IMG/VR virus record: IMGVR_UViG_3300005613_000006
Location: 108,879 to 172,878 of that record
Reading direction: 5' to 3' (one strand)
Origin: a virus
Length of the DNA stretch: 64,000 nt
Shown one piece after another: positions 46,047 to 55,587 of this stretch; the stretch's first letter is position 1; every line of letters begins with the position of its first letter. Below the pieces are notes generated by a model, which was given only the letters and a program-made list of their open reading frames with translations, had not been told where the DNA came from and did no database searches. The position numbers and the translations under genes are program-made.

Positions 46047-46612
46047 AGACTCCTGATAAATGTTAGCGTTTCAGTAAAGTCTGCGTATTGCTTTTTCAAC
46101 CGCTTTGCTTTGTTTTCAACGCTGGCTACGTTGACATTCAACTCCCATTCTTTGATGAGATTTCTCAACTGGTCGTTAGAAAGGTAAGTACATCGCAAAC
46201 GAATTTCCCCATCATCAAACATTAGTTCAGCAGAGGCGTCACCTTCTGACCATATCTGATAGTTACCGTAGAAGTGGCCACACGAACTTACGTCAAAAAG
46301 TTTGGCGATGGCATCACACTTTGAATCGTTAAGATGAGTGTTTGCTTCAAAAGTGGTAACCATATTGGTGTGTTCTGCTAGATTCCACACCAACACCTTG
46401 AATATACCACGTTCTTTTGCTAGGGCTGCGCGTATGTTATTCCTGCGCTGTATCACCGTTGCTTGTTCGGCATAAAGTTGTTCCTGCTTCTTCTCTATGT
46501 CTATAAGTTGGATGTTCCTGAGCCCAAGTTCTTCCTCCAAGTGCATGTCAAAACTCCTCAAAGATTTCGTCTTTGTCCATTTCTTCCCAACATCTATGTC
46601 CACACACTTCAC
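46043..46612 (-). CDS. hypothetical protein
   Basis: 189-aa ORF in the operon. Confidence 0.65.
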   Translation of the reverse strand: MKCVDIDVGKKWTKTKSLRSFDMHLEEELGLRNIQLIDIEKKQEQLYAEQATVIQRRNNIRAALAKERGIFKVLVWNLAEHTNMVTTFEANTHLNDSKCDAIAKLFDVSSCGHFYGNYQIWSEGDASAELMFDDGEIRLRCTYLSNDQLRNLIKEWELNVNVASVENKAKRLKKQYADFTETLTFIRSL

Positions 46613-47144
46613 AGTTGTCAGGACACATGATATGCTTCCGGCGCTTGTCTACTTTGACGCCAGCCGAGGCTACTCGCAGCCGCGTTCGCGGCCTGGGTAT
46701 CGACGGGTCGATAGATTCGCGGATACTGACGTTGGGTAGCCCGTTGAGTCGATATAAGGCCCCTACGAGGTCCACACTGCGCGTTGTGGTGCGGAATAGG
46801 ACTTCGGGGCAGGCTCGCGCGATTCTAAACCACTTGTTGACGTATGGCTCAGAGTAGAAGTCCCCGCTCACATGAATACGAAAGTAGCGAACGCCACTCT
46901 TCTTGATTTCAGCTATCATGCGGGTTTCAAAGTCGCTTTGCTTGCTTGCCTCGTACCGGCGCTCGAAAGATGCTACGACATTGGGCCACGTTAGCCGCCC
47001 ACGTAACGCATAGCAGCGAGGCTTACCAGCTTTGCCCTTCAAACACCACTTGGACGGCCTACAAGTCTTGACTGGCGGCAGACTAAACGTAGCGACGTTC
47101 GGCCCCATTTTCTGGTTGCCGATTCCAATGAGTTTGTTTGACAT
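46548..47144 (-). CDS. Gp88-like Cys-rich phage protein
   Basis: GN.K, FSLPP..TC, CYA, FRIHVSGDF, C..NC..C..C. Confidence 0.75.
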   Translation of the reverse strand: MSNKLIGIGNQKMGPNVATFSLPPVKTCRPSKWCLKGKAGKPRCYALRGRLTWPNVVASFERRYEASKQSDFETRMIAEIKKSGVRYFRIHVSGDFYSEPYVNKWFRIARACPEVLFRTTTRSVDLVGALYRLNGLPNVSIRESIDPSIPRPRTRLRVASAGVKVDKRRKHIMCPDNCEVCGHRCWEEMDKDEIFEEF

Positions 47145-47157
47145 GACTTCCTCTCAT

Positions 47158-47196
47158 AAAAAAGACCCTACGGCATCAACCACAGACACCGTAGGG
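47158..47196 (-). terminator. intrinsic terminator
   Basis: CCCTACGG/CCGTAGGG stem followed by a T-tract. Confidence 0.65.
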
Positions 47197-47295
47197 CCGT
47201 TCTCCGAACCTCATCACGGGAGATTACCATGCGCAACCACGGTGTTCACCTATGCTTCAAAAAAACGATGTTTCTCAAAATCCAACTGACCACTT

Positions 47296-47628
47296 TTAGT
47301 TGTCGGCTTCATGGTGTAGTTTGGCGTGGCAGTTTAAGCAGTACACGTCACACTTCGCTATCTCAGCAAGGATACGTTCGATGCTGAAACACCTATTTAC
47401 CATTACTGCGATTCCCATTTCCTTTTGAGCCGGGTCTCGATGGTGAAAGCACAAGCACGCTGGATGGTTTTCGCCACATTCCTTACATTGCTTGTCTTTC
47501 TTGTATTCTCTCAACCACGCCCACTTCTTTTTCCTCAGTTTGGCTTTATTGGTGGCGTAGTTGGTCTTGTTGGCCTCATAGTGCTTCTTGCTTAATTCTC
47601 GGCGCTTCTCAGGGTCTTTGTATGGCAT
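47296..47628 (-). CDS. HNH homing endonuclease
   Basis: C..CGE.HP.CL.FHH...EI.KC.V.C.NCH; promoter motif at 47657. Confidence 0.9.
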   Translation of the reverse strand: MPYKDPEKRRELSKKHYEANKTNYATNKAKLRKKKWAWLREYKKDKQCKECGENHPACLCFHHRDPAQKEMGIAVMVNRCFSIERILAEIAKCDVYCLNCHAKLHHEADN

Positions 47629-47711
47629 CGGAGCCTCCTGATTTGGGGTACACTACATTATACACCAAATCAGACTGCAAAGAAGTCTTGAACCCCTAAG
47701 TTTCTAAAAAG

Positions 47712-47786
47712 GCCCGCCGAAAGGGTGTCGAACCCCTCACCACGACTCGCGCGTTGTGGTGGTGTGTCCACGCTACACTCGACGGT
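47712..47786 (-). ncRNA. tRNA-like RNA without a canonical anticodon loop
   Basis: acceptor, D- and T-arms present; the central arm is a long stem with a 6-nt loop. Confidence 0.55.
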
Positions 47787-47887
47787 TGTGACACTAGGGA
47801 AGACGTGCGCCCGCCTCCCCTAGTGTTTGATTCACTGCGCTTGTCCAGCTATTCCAAAAAAAGCGATTCAATTACGCAAAGCATTAA

Positions 47888-47990
47888 AGACGACAAAACG
47901 ATGCTGGGAAGTGTGCTTAAACCTCCTTCGGTTTTGCTGGATTCGCGACTCTTTTCGTCATTTGCATGTAATCCCAACTACATTCGCCTG
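47888..47990 (-). ncRNA. Y RNA copy 5, directly downstream of ro60
   Basis: AGGCGAATG...GGGATTACATG...TTCCCAGC...TTTGTCGTCT. Confidence 0.75.
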
Positions 47991-48044
47991 CCCGCTACCC
48001 TGGTCGGCTTGAATCTACCGGCCAGGGCGACAATATGCGGGCGA

Positions 48045-49616
48045 TTAGTCTCCTGAGTAGTTTTCCACGATGGAAACAAAGTCTTCGCCGCTTTCACGGT
48101 TGAAGAAGTCGTCCATCACGGTGAATACGGCATCGCTGAAACCACCCACGTTCAACACAACGCCTTCGCGTTCTGGTGTCTGCGTGGTAGTGTTTGGCGT
48201 AATGTCGATGTTCACCAACTTACTCTTTGGGTTTCTACTGTGGAACTCAGTCCACTCTTGGGCCGTACCGCCTCGACCACCATGACGACCAAACCAACTT
48301 TCGTTGTCCGATACGTAGATGATGTTCTCAGCCTTGGCTCTTGTGTTGTTCAAGTGTCGTAGTGGAACCGAGCAGTCGGTTCCCCCACCACCAAAGCTGC
48401 GCAAGGTCTGCGCATTGGTCATAACACTGTCAAACGGGTTCAAGTGTGCATTGTACAAACGGTTGTCGAATGGCATGATGCTGGCGTTCTTGTTTTGACG
48501 GAGTACGCACACTGCGAACAGGGCGGCTACGTCAACACACTTGGTAACGCTGTACGAACCAGTACGACGGCCCATTGCAACCCAACTCATTGAGCTTGAC
48601 ACGTCCACACCAACCACAGTGCGGCCTCGGAAGGTCGGCACGTTTTCCGTAGCAATTTCCATAGCTTCCTGCAAGGCGTTACTGATACGGCTGTCGATGG
48701 TCACGTTTTGGTACGTGGTCAACAGTTGGTATGGGAAGACGTTGCACTGGCGAACCAATTCTGGATTGGCCAACTTCGCGGCCACTTCGTCCACAAATGC
48801 GCTGCTACCGAACACACCACGCTTTTCGAGCATGTTCAAGTTCATACGCAAAGTGTTCCAGGGCATGTTGCGAGCAATGTCACGCCATGCGTTGACACCC
48901 AACTTCAAGTTCGTCAAAGCGCGAAATGGAACGTCTGGGATTTCGTACTCATCTGGCACGTCACCCATTTCCTTCAACGCTTCAAACTGTTGAATGTCTT
49001 CTGGTAGGTACTGGTAGTTTTCGTCGCTCAACTTACCAATCAAGTACGAGAACATAGCTTGCTGTTCTCTACCCACTGGACGTGGGTGTACCATCTTGAT
49101 AGCATCGGCAAGCGACGGGTTGCTGTGACCTACGCTGGCGATGTACAGCTTGTACGCACTGCGGTCTTGCAGCCATCGCTGGATGCAACGCTTTACGGCA
49201 GTACCAAAGCTACGTCGGCCAACGGCACCACTACGAATCAAGTGCATGAAGTTCAACAGCATCTTGCTGTTGTTACACACACGATTGAAGATGGTCTTGA
49301 CCAACTCGGTTTCGCCTCTGGCGGCTAGAGTAGCCAACAGGTAAGCAGGAACGTCCTTCATTCGACCAACCTCACGGCTGTAGACCGCTAGCTTGGCCAA
49401 AAACTCTGACGAACATTCGTTTGCCAGCGCTTGGATTTCCTTGACTTGTTCACCGGCGCTGACATAGAAGGTGTTGCTGAACGTACCAGTTACGGCGTAC
49501 TGTGCCAGGGCATGTTCGTTGGTCTTGCTGTACGCAAGGCCACCAGCGTGATTTCGCGTGTCTGGACGAGGCGTGTTACGCGAACGACAACGGTTTCTGA
49601 AAAGATTCTTGTTCAT
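48045..49616 (-). CDS. rsr: Ro60/TROVE-domain RNA-binding protein (Rsr ortholog)
   Basis: N.AGG.AY, TGTF..TFY, MP....RMNL, vWA MIDAS-like DVSSSM, GGGTDCS, SDNESW, VGGFSD. Confidence 0.95.
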   Translation of the reverse strand: MNKNLFRNRCRSRNTPRPDTRNHAGGLAYSKTNEHALAQYAVTGTFSNTFYVSAGEQVKEIQALANECSSEFLAKLAVYSREVGRMKDVPAYLLATLAARGETELVKTIFNRVCNNSKMLLNFMHLIRSGAVGRRSFGTAVKRCIQRWLQDRSAYKLYIASVGHSNPSLADAIKMVHPRPVGREQQAMFSYLIGKLSDENYQYLPEDIQQFEALKEMGDVPDEYEIPDVPFRALTNLKLGVNAWRDIARNMPWNTLRMNLNMLEKRGVFGSSAFVDEVAAKLANPELVRQCNVFPYQLLTTYQNVTIDSRISNALQEAMEIATENVPTFRGRTVVGVDVSSSMSWVAMGRRTGSYSVTKCVDVAALFAVCVLRQNKNASIMPFDNRLYNAHLNPFDSVMTNAQTLRSFGGGGTDCSVPLRHLNNTRAKAENIIYVSDNESWFGRHGGRGGTAQEWTEFHSRNPKSKLVNIDITPNTTTQTPEREGVVLNVGGFSDAVFTVMDDFFNRESGEDFVSIVENYSGD

Positions 49617-49681
49617 AGGATTTCTCCCTTCATTCAGCAAAAGTCTGACAAAATTTCCTGGGCCTAAAAGCCCAACATTAT

Positions 49682-49710
49682 AGTATACACCGAGCAGAGC
49701 CGTTTGTCAA
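49682..49710 (-). promoter_or_regulatory. sigma70-consensus promoter for ro60
   Basis: TTGACA-17 nt-TATACT. Confidence 0.8.
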
Positions 49711-49898
49711 CTTACCGGCCAGTAATATCGTCCAAATAGTTCCGCTGCCACTTGTGACCCCAGTAAGTGGAGCTTTTTGAGGGATTTTCCTGCTCATCTT
49801 TTTCCTCTTCACGTACTTTCAGCCATCCGAGGACGACTCCGACCGCGATTACGAGTAGAAAAACGATGTAGGCTCCGTATCCAAGTTGAGGGTCCATG

Positions 49899-50300
49899 TT
49901 ACACCTGTGTGGTTACTAAGTGTTTGATAAACTCGTCCATGTCCCCACCGAAAGCGCCATCATGGAGCGCCCGCTTGATTTTCTTCACGGCTTCCGGCTT
50001 TTTGAAGCCCAGGCCCATCAGGGCGTCGATTGCGGGCTCAAATTCGACCAAATCGGCCTTTTTTGGAGCCACTGGCGCAACTACGGCGACCGGAACGGCC
50101 TTCGGCGCGGCCTTGGCCTCTTTTTTGTAGACTACCTTGCCTTTGATACACTCAATGAGGTCAAAATCCAAGATTTGTCCACATTCACACACGCCTTTGT
50201 CAATAATTTGAACTTCTCGCATCGACCGCCACGTTTCAGCGTTGCATTTTGGGCAGAAGTAGACAAAATCGTGTTCAACTCGCTTTGGTTTAAGTCCCAC
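49899..50300 (-). CDS. Zn-ribbon protein with a RuvA C-terminal-like domain
   Basis: CPKC/CECG, then AIDALMGLGFKKPEA. Confidence 0.65.
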   Translation of the reverse strand: MGLKPKRVEHDFVYFCPKCNAETWRSMREVQIIDKGVCECGQILDFDLIECIKGKVVYKKEAKAAPKAVPVAVVAPVAPKKADLVEFEPAIDALMGLGFKKPEAVKKIKRALHDGAFGGDMDEFIKHLVTTQV

Positions 50301-50815
50301 TAGTCCGACTCCTGTTCAGCAACCTTCTTTTTCTGTTGTTCTTCCAATCGGGTCTTCGCATTCTGCTGCCTCCACCAAATCATGTACTTGATGGCGGCTG
50401 GCAGTGTTCTAAACCGATGCCGACCGGGACATAAATCCCAACTGCCGTCCCTACATTTCATCATCAGTGCGTATGGCGGTGATTGAGGGTTAATCCCCAT
50501 GAAGGTCTCACCGTGCCGAATGCGGAAGTTCCCACAAGTGCTGTCCCACGACTCGGATTCGAGGCCATAGTATTTTTCTCGGCTTTGAATCTCCACAGGG
50601 TCAGTACACTCTGAGATAAACTGCATCAGATACGGCAAATTCTCGGATTTTGCAGAGATAGACCGGGCTTCTTTGGGTGAGACAAGGGTAGCAGGGTTAA
50701 TGTCAGGATAGGCTATGCCTTGAATGATGAAACCAGCACCACATGCTGGGCAATGTCTTGACCTGGGGCCTACAGCGTGCCCACATTTCTTACAGTTTTT
50801 GTGTCCTTTTGGCAT
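50300..50815 (-). CDS. Zn-ribbon hypothetical protein
   Basis: GHKNCKKCG..VGPR...CPACG. Confidence 0.7.
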   Translation of the reverse strand: MPKGHKNCKKCGHAVGPRSRHCPACGAGFIIQGIAYPDINPATLVSPKEARSISAKSENLPYLMQFISECTDPVEIQSREKYYGLESESWDSTCGNFRIRHGETFMGINPQSPPYALMMKCRDGSWDLCPGRHRFRTLPAAIKYMIWWRQQNAKTRLEEQQKKKVAEQESD

Positions 50816-51437
50816 GCTAAATAAGCTCAAAAAGTGGCAAATTCCTATCAGGACTAATTCTCGCAAAGGTCGTCCAAATACCCATCCAGCATCGGCTAAA
50901 AGCGGTCTACTGGGTTCTATATTCGGTTCTTTGACTGTTGTATCTTACGTACATGGTGGATGTTTGTGTCGTTGTGCTTGTGGTCAAGACAAAATTGTAA
51001 CACCAGCAAGGTTGTTGAATGGTAGTTACAAATCTTGTGGATGTGCCAAATTTCGACGTGGCCCTGACAGCCCACAATGGAAAGGTTACAAAACTATTCC
51101 CAAACAATACTTTCTATCTCTCAAACACGATGCAGCACGTCGCAAACTGTTGTTTGAAATTACCATTGAAGATATTGGAAACCTACTAGAAAACCAACAA
51201 TATACATGTTGCCTTTCTGGTGTATCAATTTCGATGGAAGAAAAAACCGCATCACTAGACCGAATAAACTCTTCTAGTGGATACGAGGTAGACAACATTC
51301 AGTGGGTTCACAAAATTGTTAATGAAATGAAGTGGGACTATAACCAACAAGAGTTCATTGAATGGTGCAATCATATAGCCAACCATGTTGGCAAAACCAG
51401 GGCGGCGGGCTGCTTGGCATCCTACCGCCCCGGTTAG
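50814..51437 (+). CDS. HNH homing endonuclease
   Basis: FG.LTV, C.C.CG, SCGC, ASLDRINSS.GY...NIQWVH..VN.MK; start position uncertain. Confidence 0.85.
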   Translation: MLNKLKKWQIPIRTNSRKGRPNTHPASAKSGLLGSIFGSLTVVSYVHGGCLCRCACGQDKIVTPARLLNGSYKSCGCAKFRRGPDSPQWKGYKTIPKQYFLSLKHDAARRKLLFEITIEDIGNLLENQQYTCCLSGVSISMEEKTASLDRINSSSGYEVDNIQWVHKIVNEMKWDYNQQEFIEWCNHIANHVGKTRAAGCLASYRPG

Positions 51438-51451
51438 GAGGGAGACTATTT

Positions 51452-52468
51452 CTAGTATGGGAAGTCGTCGTCGTCTTCCTCATAGTCGTAGTCGTCGTAA
51501 TCGTCAGCCTCGTCACAGTAGCAATCCCCAGCGGGTTCGCCACAGTCAGGGCGGGGGTCTTCCTCTTCCTCATAATCTGGCTCTGACAAGTCACTGGCCA
51601 AATTCCAGTGGTCGGCGGTGTCGTGGTCGAACTGGCCACCTTCGCGAACCTCGGTCGGCTCAACCTTGCGGCCCTGAGCGGTGTAGAGACCACCTTCCAT
51701 AACACCAAAGTTTTCCCGGCCTTCCATGTCGCGGATAACCTCGTAGGTGTTGACACGAACCTTTCCGGCGTCAACGTGCGGAACACATACGATGTCGGCG
51801 GGGTCTACCTTGCAGACGATGTAGCGGTCACTGGCGTCGCCGAAACCCTCAACAAACTGTTTGGTTCCAACGTGGTAGCCATAGCTGCAAGCATCTTGCG
51901 GGTCATCGTCCACCTTGTTGCGAGACATGAAGGGCTTCGCGCCAACGTGGTTATCCACCTTTCCACTGCGCTTGTCGGTGTAGTCGTCGCGCACGGCCTT
52001 GTAGCACAGGACAAAACCCTCGGGCGTGATGGGCAGACTGTTATCCGCCACAAACTTGTAGGCTTGCTCCGTGCTGCGCTTCGACGGGTTTGCCATCAGG
52101 CGGTCACAGAACTTGACGAACGCCTTGAAGCCTTCGCTGCCGTAACCATCCCGCATGAGGTCGCGCATCCGGTCCCGTAGCGAGGCTGGCAGTTCCTCGT
52201 CGCCGTAGCGAATCAGGCCAGTCTCGGGGTTGACGGTAATCTTGCCGTCCGAATACGGCTCAATGACCTGGACGATTTCCTCGGTCACCGCTTCCTCGGA
52301 ACTGAGGCCCATCAGACGCCGGATTTCATTGGCATCCTGTTCGGGCTTCCGAAGGTGTCTCAGCAAAAGCCGGTGGTTGTAGTGCCCACAAGGCACCGTA
52401 TGGGTGTTCCCATTCATTACGAGGTTGATAACCCCGCTTCTTGAAACGATAAAAGCAATCTTACTCAT
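51452..52468 (-). CDS. rIIB: rIIB-like protein
   Basis: NPS, LPIT.EG...YKAV, M.R..VDDDP...CS.G.HVG, KVDP.DIV.VP; downstream of rIIA. Confidence 0.85.
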   Translation of the reverse strand: MSKIAFIVSRSGVINLVMNGNTHTVPCGHYNHRLLLRHLRKPEQDANEIRRLMGLSSEEAVTEEIVQVIEPYSDGKITVNPETGLIRYGDEELPASLRDRMRDLMRDGYGSEGFKAFVKFCDRLMANPSKRSTEQAYKFVADNSLPITPEGFVLCYKAVRDDYTDKRSGKVDNHVGAKPFMSRNKVDDDPQDACSYGYHVGTKQFVEGFGDASDRYIVCKVDPADIVCVPHVDAGKVRVNTYEVIRDMEGRENFGVMEGGLYTAQGRKVEPTEVREGGQFDHDTADHWNLASDLSEPDYEEEEDPRPDCGEPAGDCYCDEADDYDDYDYEEDDDDFPY

Positions 52469-52529
52469 GGTATTCTCCCCATTGTGATGATTGGAGTTTG
52501 TGTGGTTGAGCCTCACACGTAGTTGTGGT

Positions 52530-53228
52530 TTATCCGCCGAAGATGCCCGCGATGCCAGCACCACCCAATTCGGCAACGATTTCCGGTACGTCGGCGTTGG
52601 GCACTTCCTCGCCGTTTCTCAAGACCGTTTGTTGGCCCCGATTGTCCATTTCGATATGGAGGGTTTTGTCACCGATACGGGCGTCGATTTCCCCAACGAC
52701 CTTACGCTCTGGCATCCTGATAACGAGTTCGCCCGTTTCTGCGTCGAAAGCCACGCGGGCCGAGCGCAGGTTCGACATGATGTTGAGGTAATAGTAAGCG
52801 AGGTCTTCGCCTTCGGCTTCATTGATGGCATCGACAATCTCTTGACGAGCCTTGACGAAGTTGACGCGAGTTTCCTCCATCGGGCCTTCGTCGGACACCG
52901 GGAGACCGAGCATACGCATCATGTCACGCACACTGGGGTCGTCGGCAATTTCCGGTAGACACGGCGATTCGCAGTCGCACGCGACCTCGGCGGGAACGGG
53001 AACCGGGGCTTCCTCAACAACCTGCACGGCCTGTGCGTTGTCGGGCTTGTATTGACGATAGTTGTTGTCTTCGGGTTGGTTCAGGTCGTAACCATGAACT
53101 CTGCCATCCTCAACCTTGTCCACCTTCACGTTGCGGTAGCCAGGGGTATGGGGGGTGCTGCCCCCTCGGTAGAGGAAGCGAATCTCTTGCCCAGGTTGGG
53201 CGTCGGTCAAAGTGTTGAGTGGTCTCAT
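52530..53228 (-). CDS. hypothetical protein with a WYL-like N-terminal domain
   Basis: IRF.Y.GG...GYR.V....V....V.GYD.....YRQY..D. Confidence 0.55.
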   Translation of the reverse strand: MRPLNTLTDAQPGQEIRFLYRGGSTPHTPGYRNVKVDKVEDGRVHGYDLNQPEDNNYRQYKPDNAQAVQVVEEAPVPVPAEVACDCESPCLPEIADDPSVRDMMRMLGLPVSDEGPMEETRVNFVKARQEIVDAINEAEGEDLAYYYLNIMSNLRSARVAFDAETGELVIRMPERKVVGEIDARIGDKTLHIEMDNRGQQTVLRNGEEVPNADVPEIVAELGGAGIAGIFGG

Positions 53229-53313
53229 TCTGAGAACCTCCTGTAAAAAAAGTGATTGTTCACATAGTATAGCACGAAATCAGGGTTTGTCAACCCACTT
53301 TTCTGGATTTTTT

Positions 53314-55587
53314 CTAAACTGGTCCTGCGCCGTGCTTGTCTACCAATTTGATGTACTGAACAACAGCCGGGGTTTCCTTCCTAGAAATATCGTCACTGCT
53401 ATAATGGTTCTCTTTGGAGGCAATGAATGACTCCCAGAAGGGATAGTCCTTCTTGATTGCTTTTTCCAAAGCTACTAGGTCATGGTCACGCTTGCCAGCC
53501 GTCAGCTTGTAGTTGACCAGACCGGCCAAGTCAGTGTAAGCTGAATAGTTCGGGGTTTTCTTACCCGAGTCCCGTACTTGCTTCAACTTGTCCAGAAAAG
53601 CCTTCATCACAGACGTGGGGTCAGTAATCTTGTCAATTAGTAGCGTGTAATATGCACGTCGCCCAAATCGGTTCATTTCCTCCGCATTGGAAATATGGCG
53701 GGCAAGGTCGCGCTTCACAGCGTCGGCCCGCAGCACTTCCTTCGCATAGGTCCAAATGTCAACCCAATCGTCGCTCTTGCGGAACTTCTTGGCTACGCCA
53801 GGGCGCACACCGATAACCTCTGGCACTTCGTACCCACAGGCTTTTAGTCGGCTCATAATCTGACCCACTTCACGCGGGTGGATGATGCGACCATCGCGCC
53901 GTGCTTGATAGCGACAAATCTCACAGTAGACACCACCATCGGCAAGGTCAACCGCATCCTCAGACCAGTAGTCATAGAAGCGGTCCAGGTAATCCGTCGA
54001 ACCATCGTGCGAAAACACTTGCGACGTGCAACTGTGAAACACACCACGGTTGGCAGGAAGCTTCGGCAAGGTCGAGGTCGGCGTTAGTTCGCTGCCGTCC
54101 ATGCCCATCTTTTCCAAGAAGGACGCTTTGGCTTCGGCAGTCTCGAACTTCACCAGACATACTCGCCTTACTTTTCGTTCTTCCAGTAATGCCCGGCATC
54201 GCGAGAAGCTACCGCGAGGAATGTCAACCTCGTAGAACCCAACATTCCGGTTCGTCGGAGCAAACTGTTGAACCTTGTGCTTTTTGATGGTGCCCTTGCG
54301 GTCGATTTCATCTTCGGTGTACCAGCTATGGCGGCGGGATTCACGCTTGTATTCCCATGCTTCGATACCACCGATTTCCGAGAATGCCTGGATGGGCGTA
54401 CCAATCGGAGTGCCCTGCCATTCCAGCAGCGGAACGTCGGCCAATCGACCGAGCGTACCCAACTTGGCACTGTTACCCAGGTACATATCGTTGGCGAGAC
54501 ACCGGGCTTCCCACAGCGTTTTGCATTCGACAAACTGCTTCTCAACCTCTGCGTTGACCTCCACCAGAATCTCTTCCAGTTTGGCCACGATGGCAGCCTG
54601 AGTCGCTTTACCGTAGGACAGTTGTTCACGCGATGGCGTAATGTCCAGGGCACCAACCGGGAACTTGATTTCAATGTCGTTCTTCAACAGGCGAGAACAC
54701 TTGTCGGACAAGTCTTTGATTTTGCTACCATTCAATGGGTAACAGATATTCCCCATGATGGCCTTGGCACCGCTATACTGAGGCTCAGACGAGTAGATGC
54801 CCCAATCACCCTTTTGCAGGATGAACGTGGTGTTCGGAATGGTCAGTTCCTTGCCAGTGAACTCAGGGCGGTGTGAGAAGTGTCGGTAGACCTGGGCAAT
54901 CTTCTGTTGGAACTCATTGCAATCATAGCTTCGCACGGCAAATTTTACGAACAGACCGTTCGGTTCATCCGTTTCTTCATCCTGGTCTTTCAGGTGGTCA
55001 ACTTCGGGCAGGCGTTCCTCGTTCAAGAAACACAGGTAGTGCCGCTTGATGCCGTTGAAGTAGGACACAACAGTGAACGTGTCCGTTACCGCCAGTGGTG
55101 ACTTGGAACCCAGACCAAGCTGGCCAACGAAGTCATTGGACTTGGTTTTGGTTGACAGGAAATAGGTCGTGTAGATTGTGTGTACCTCGTCTACGACTTT
55201 CACTGACTCGGGACAGCCACGAGACTTCCAGTACACTTCACATTCGTCCAGTTGAGCCGGGCCGTAGACTACATTGCTGTAATCGGGGGCAATCTTATCA
55301 CCCTCATATACGATGTATCCAAGGCCGGGGCCAAAGTCACGACCGCTGAACCAAGGTTCACTGCTGGTGGGAACGTGGACGATAGGTGGTTTGTGAAGAG
55401 TGTTCGCCGCCACATGGGCGTCGTACATATTGGTGCCTAACTCACGGGCAGCCGCAGTAGGCTTGTCCGAATAAAGTCCATCGCTCAAAATTCTAAAGGC
55501 TTCCGCTGTAGCCATTATATCAAAACCAGTTGATTCGCCTAGACCAGATTTCCTTACTGATACTTTATCAACAGTCGCAACAGCCAT
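53314..55587 (-). CDS. rIIA: rIIA-like GHKL ATPase-domain protein
   Basis: LYSDK..A.REL.TN..DAH, RDFGPGL, G.LGLGSKSP, PSRE.L. Confidence 0.9.
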   Translation of the reverse strand: MAVATVDKVSVRKSGLGESTGFDIMATAEAFRILSDGLYSDKPTAAARELGTNMYDAHVAANTLHKPPIVHVPTSSEPWFSGRDFGPGLGYIVYEGDKIAPDYSNVVYGPAQLDECEVYWKSRGCPESVKVVDEVHTIYTTYFLSTKTKSNDFVGQLGLGSKSPLAVTDTFTVVSYFNGIKRHYLCFLNEERLPEVDHLKDQDEETDEPNGLFVKFAVRSYDCNEFQQKIAQVYRHFSHRPEFTGKELTIPNTTFILQKGDWGIYSSEPQYSGAKAIMGNICYPLNGSKIKDLSDKCSRLLKNDIEIKFPVGALDITPSREQLSYGKATQAAIVAKLEEILVEVNAEVEKQFVECKTLWEARCLANDMYLGNSAKLGTLGRLADVPLLEWQGTPIGTPIQAFSEIGGIEAWEYKRESRRHSWYTEDEIDRKGTIKKHKVQQFAPTNRNVGFYEVDIPRGSFSRCRALLEERKVRRVCLVKFETAEAKASFLEKMGMDGSELTPTSTLPKLPANRGVFHSCTSQVFSHDGSTDYLDRFYDYWSEDAVDLADGGVYCEICRYQARRDGRIIHPREVGQIMSRLKACGYEVPEVIGVRPGVAKKFRKSDDWVDIWTYAKEVLRADAVKRDLARHISNAEEMNRFGRRAYYTLLIDKITDPTSVMKAFLDKLKQVRDSGKKTPNYSAYTDLAGLVNYKLTAGKRDHDLVALEKAIKKDYPFWESFIASKENHYSSDDISRKETPAVVQYIKLVDKHGAGPV

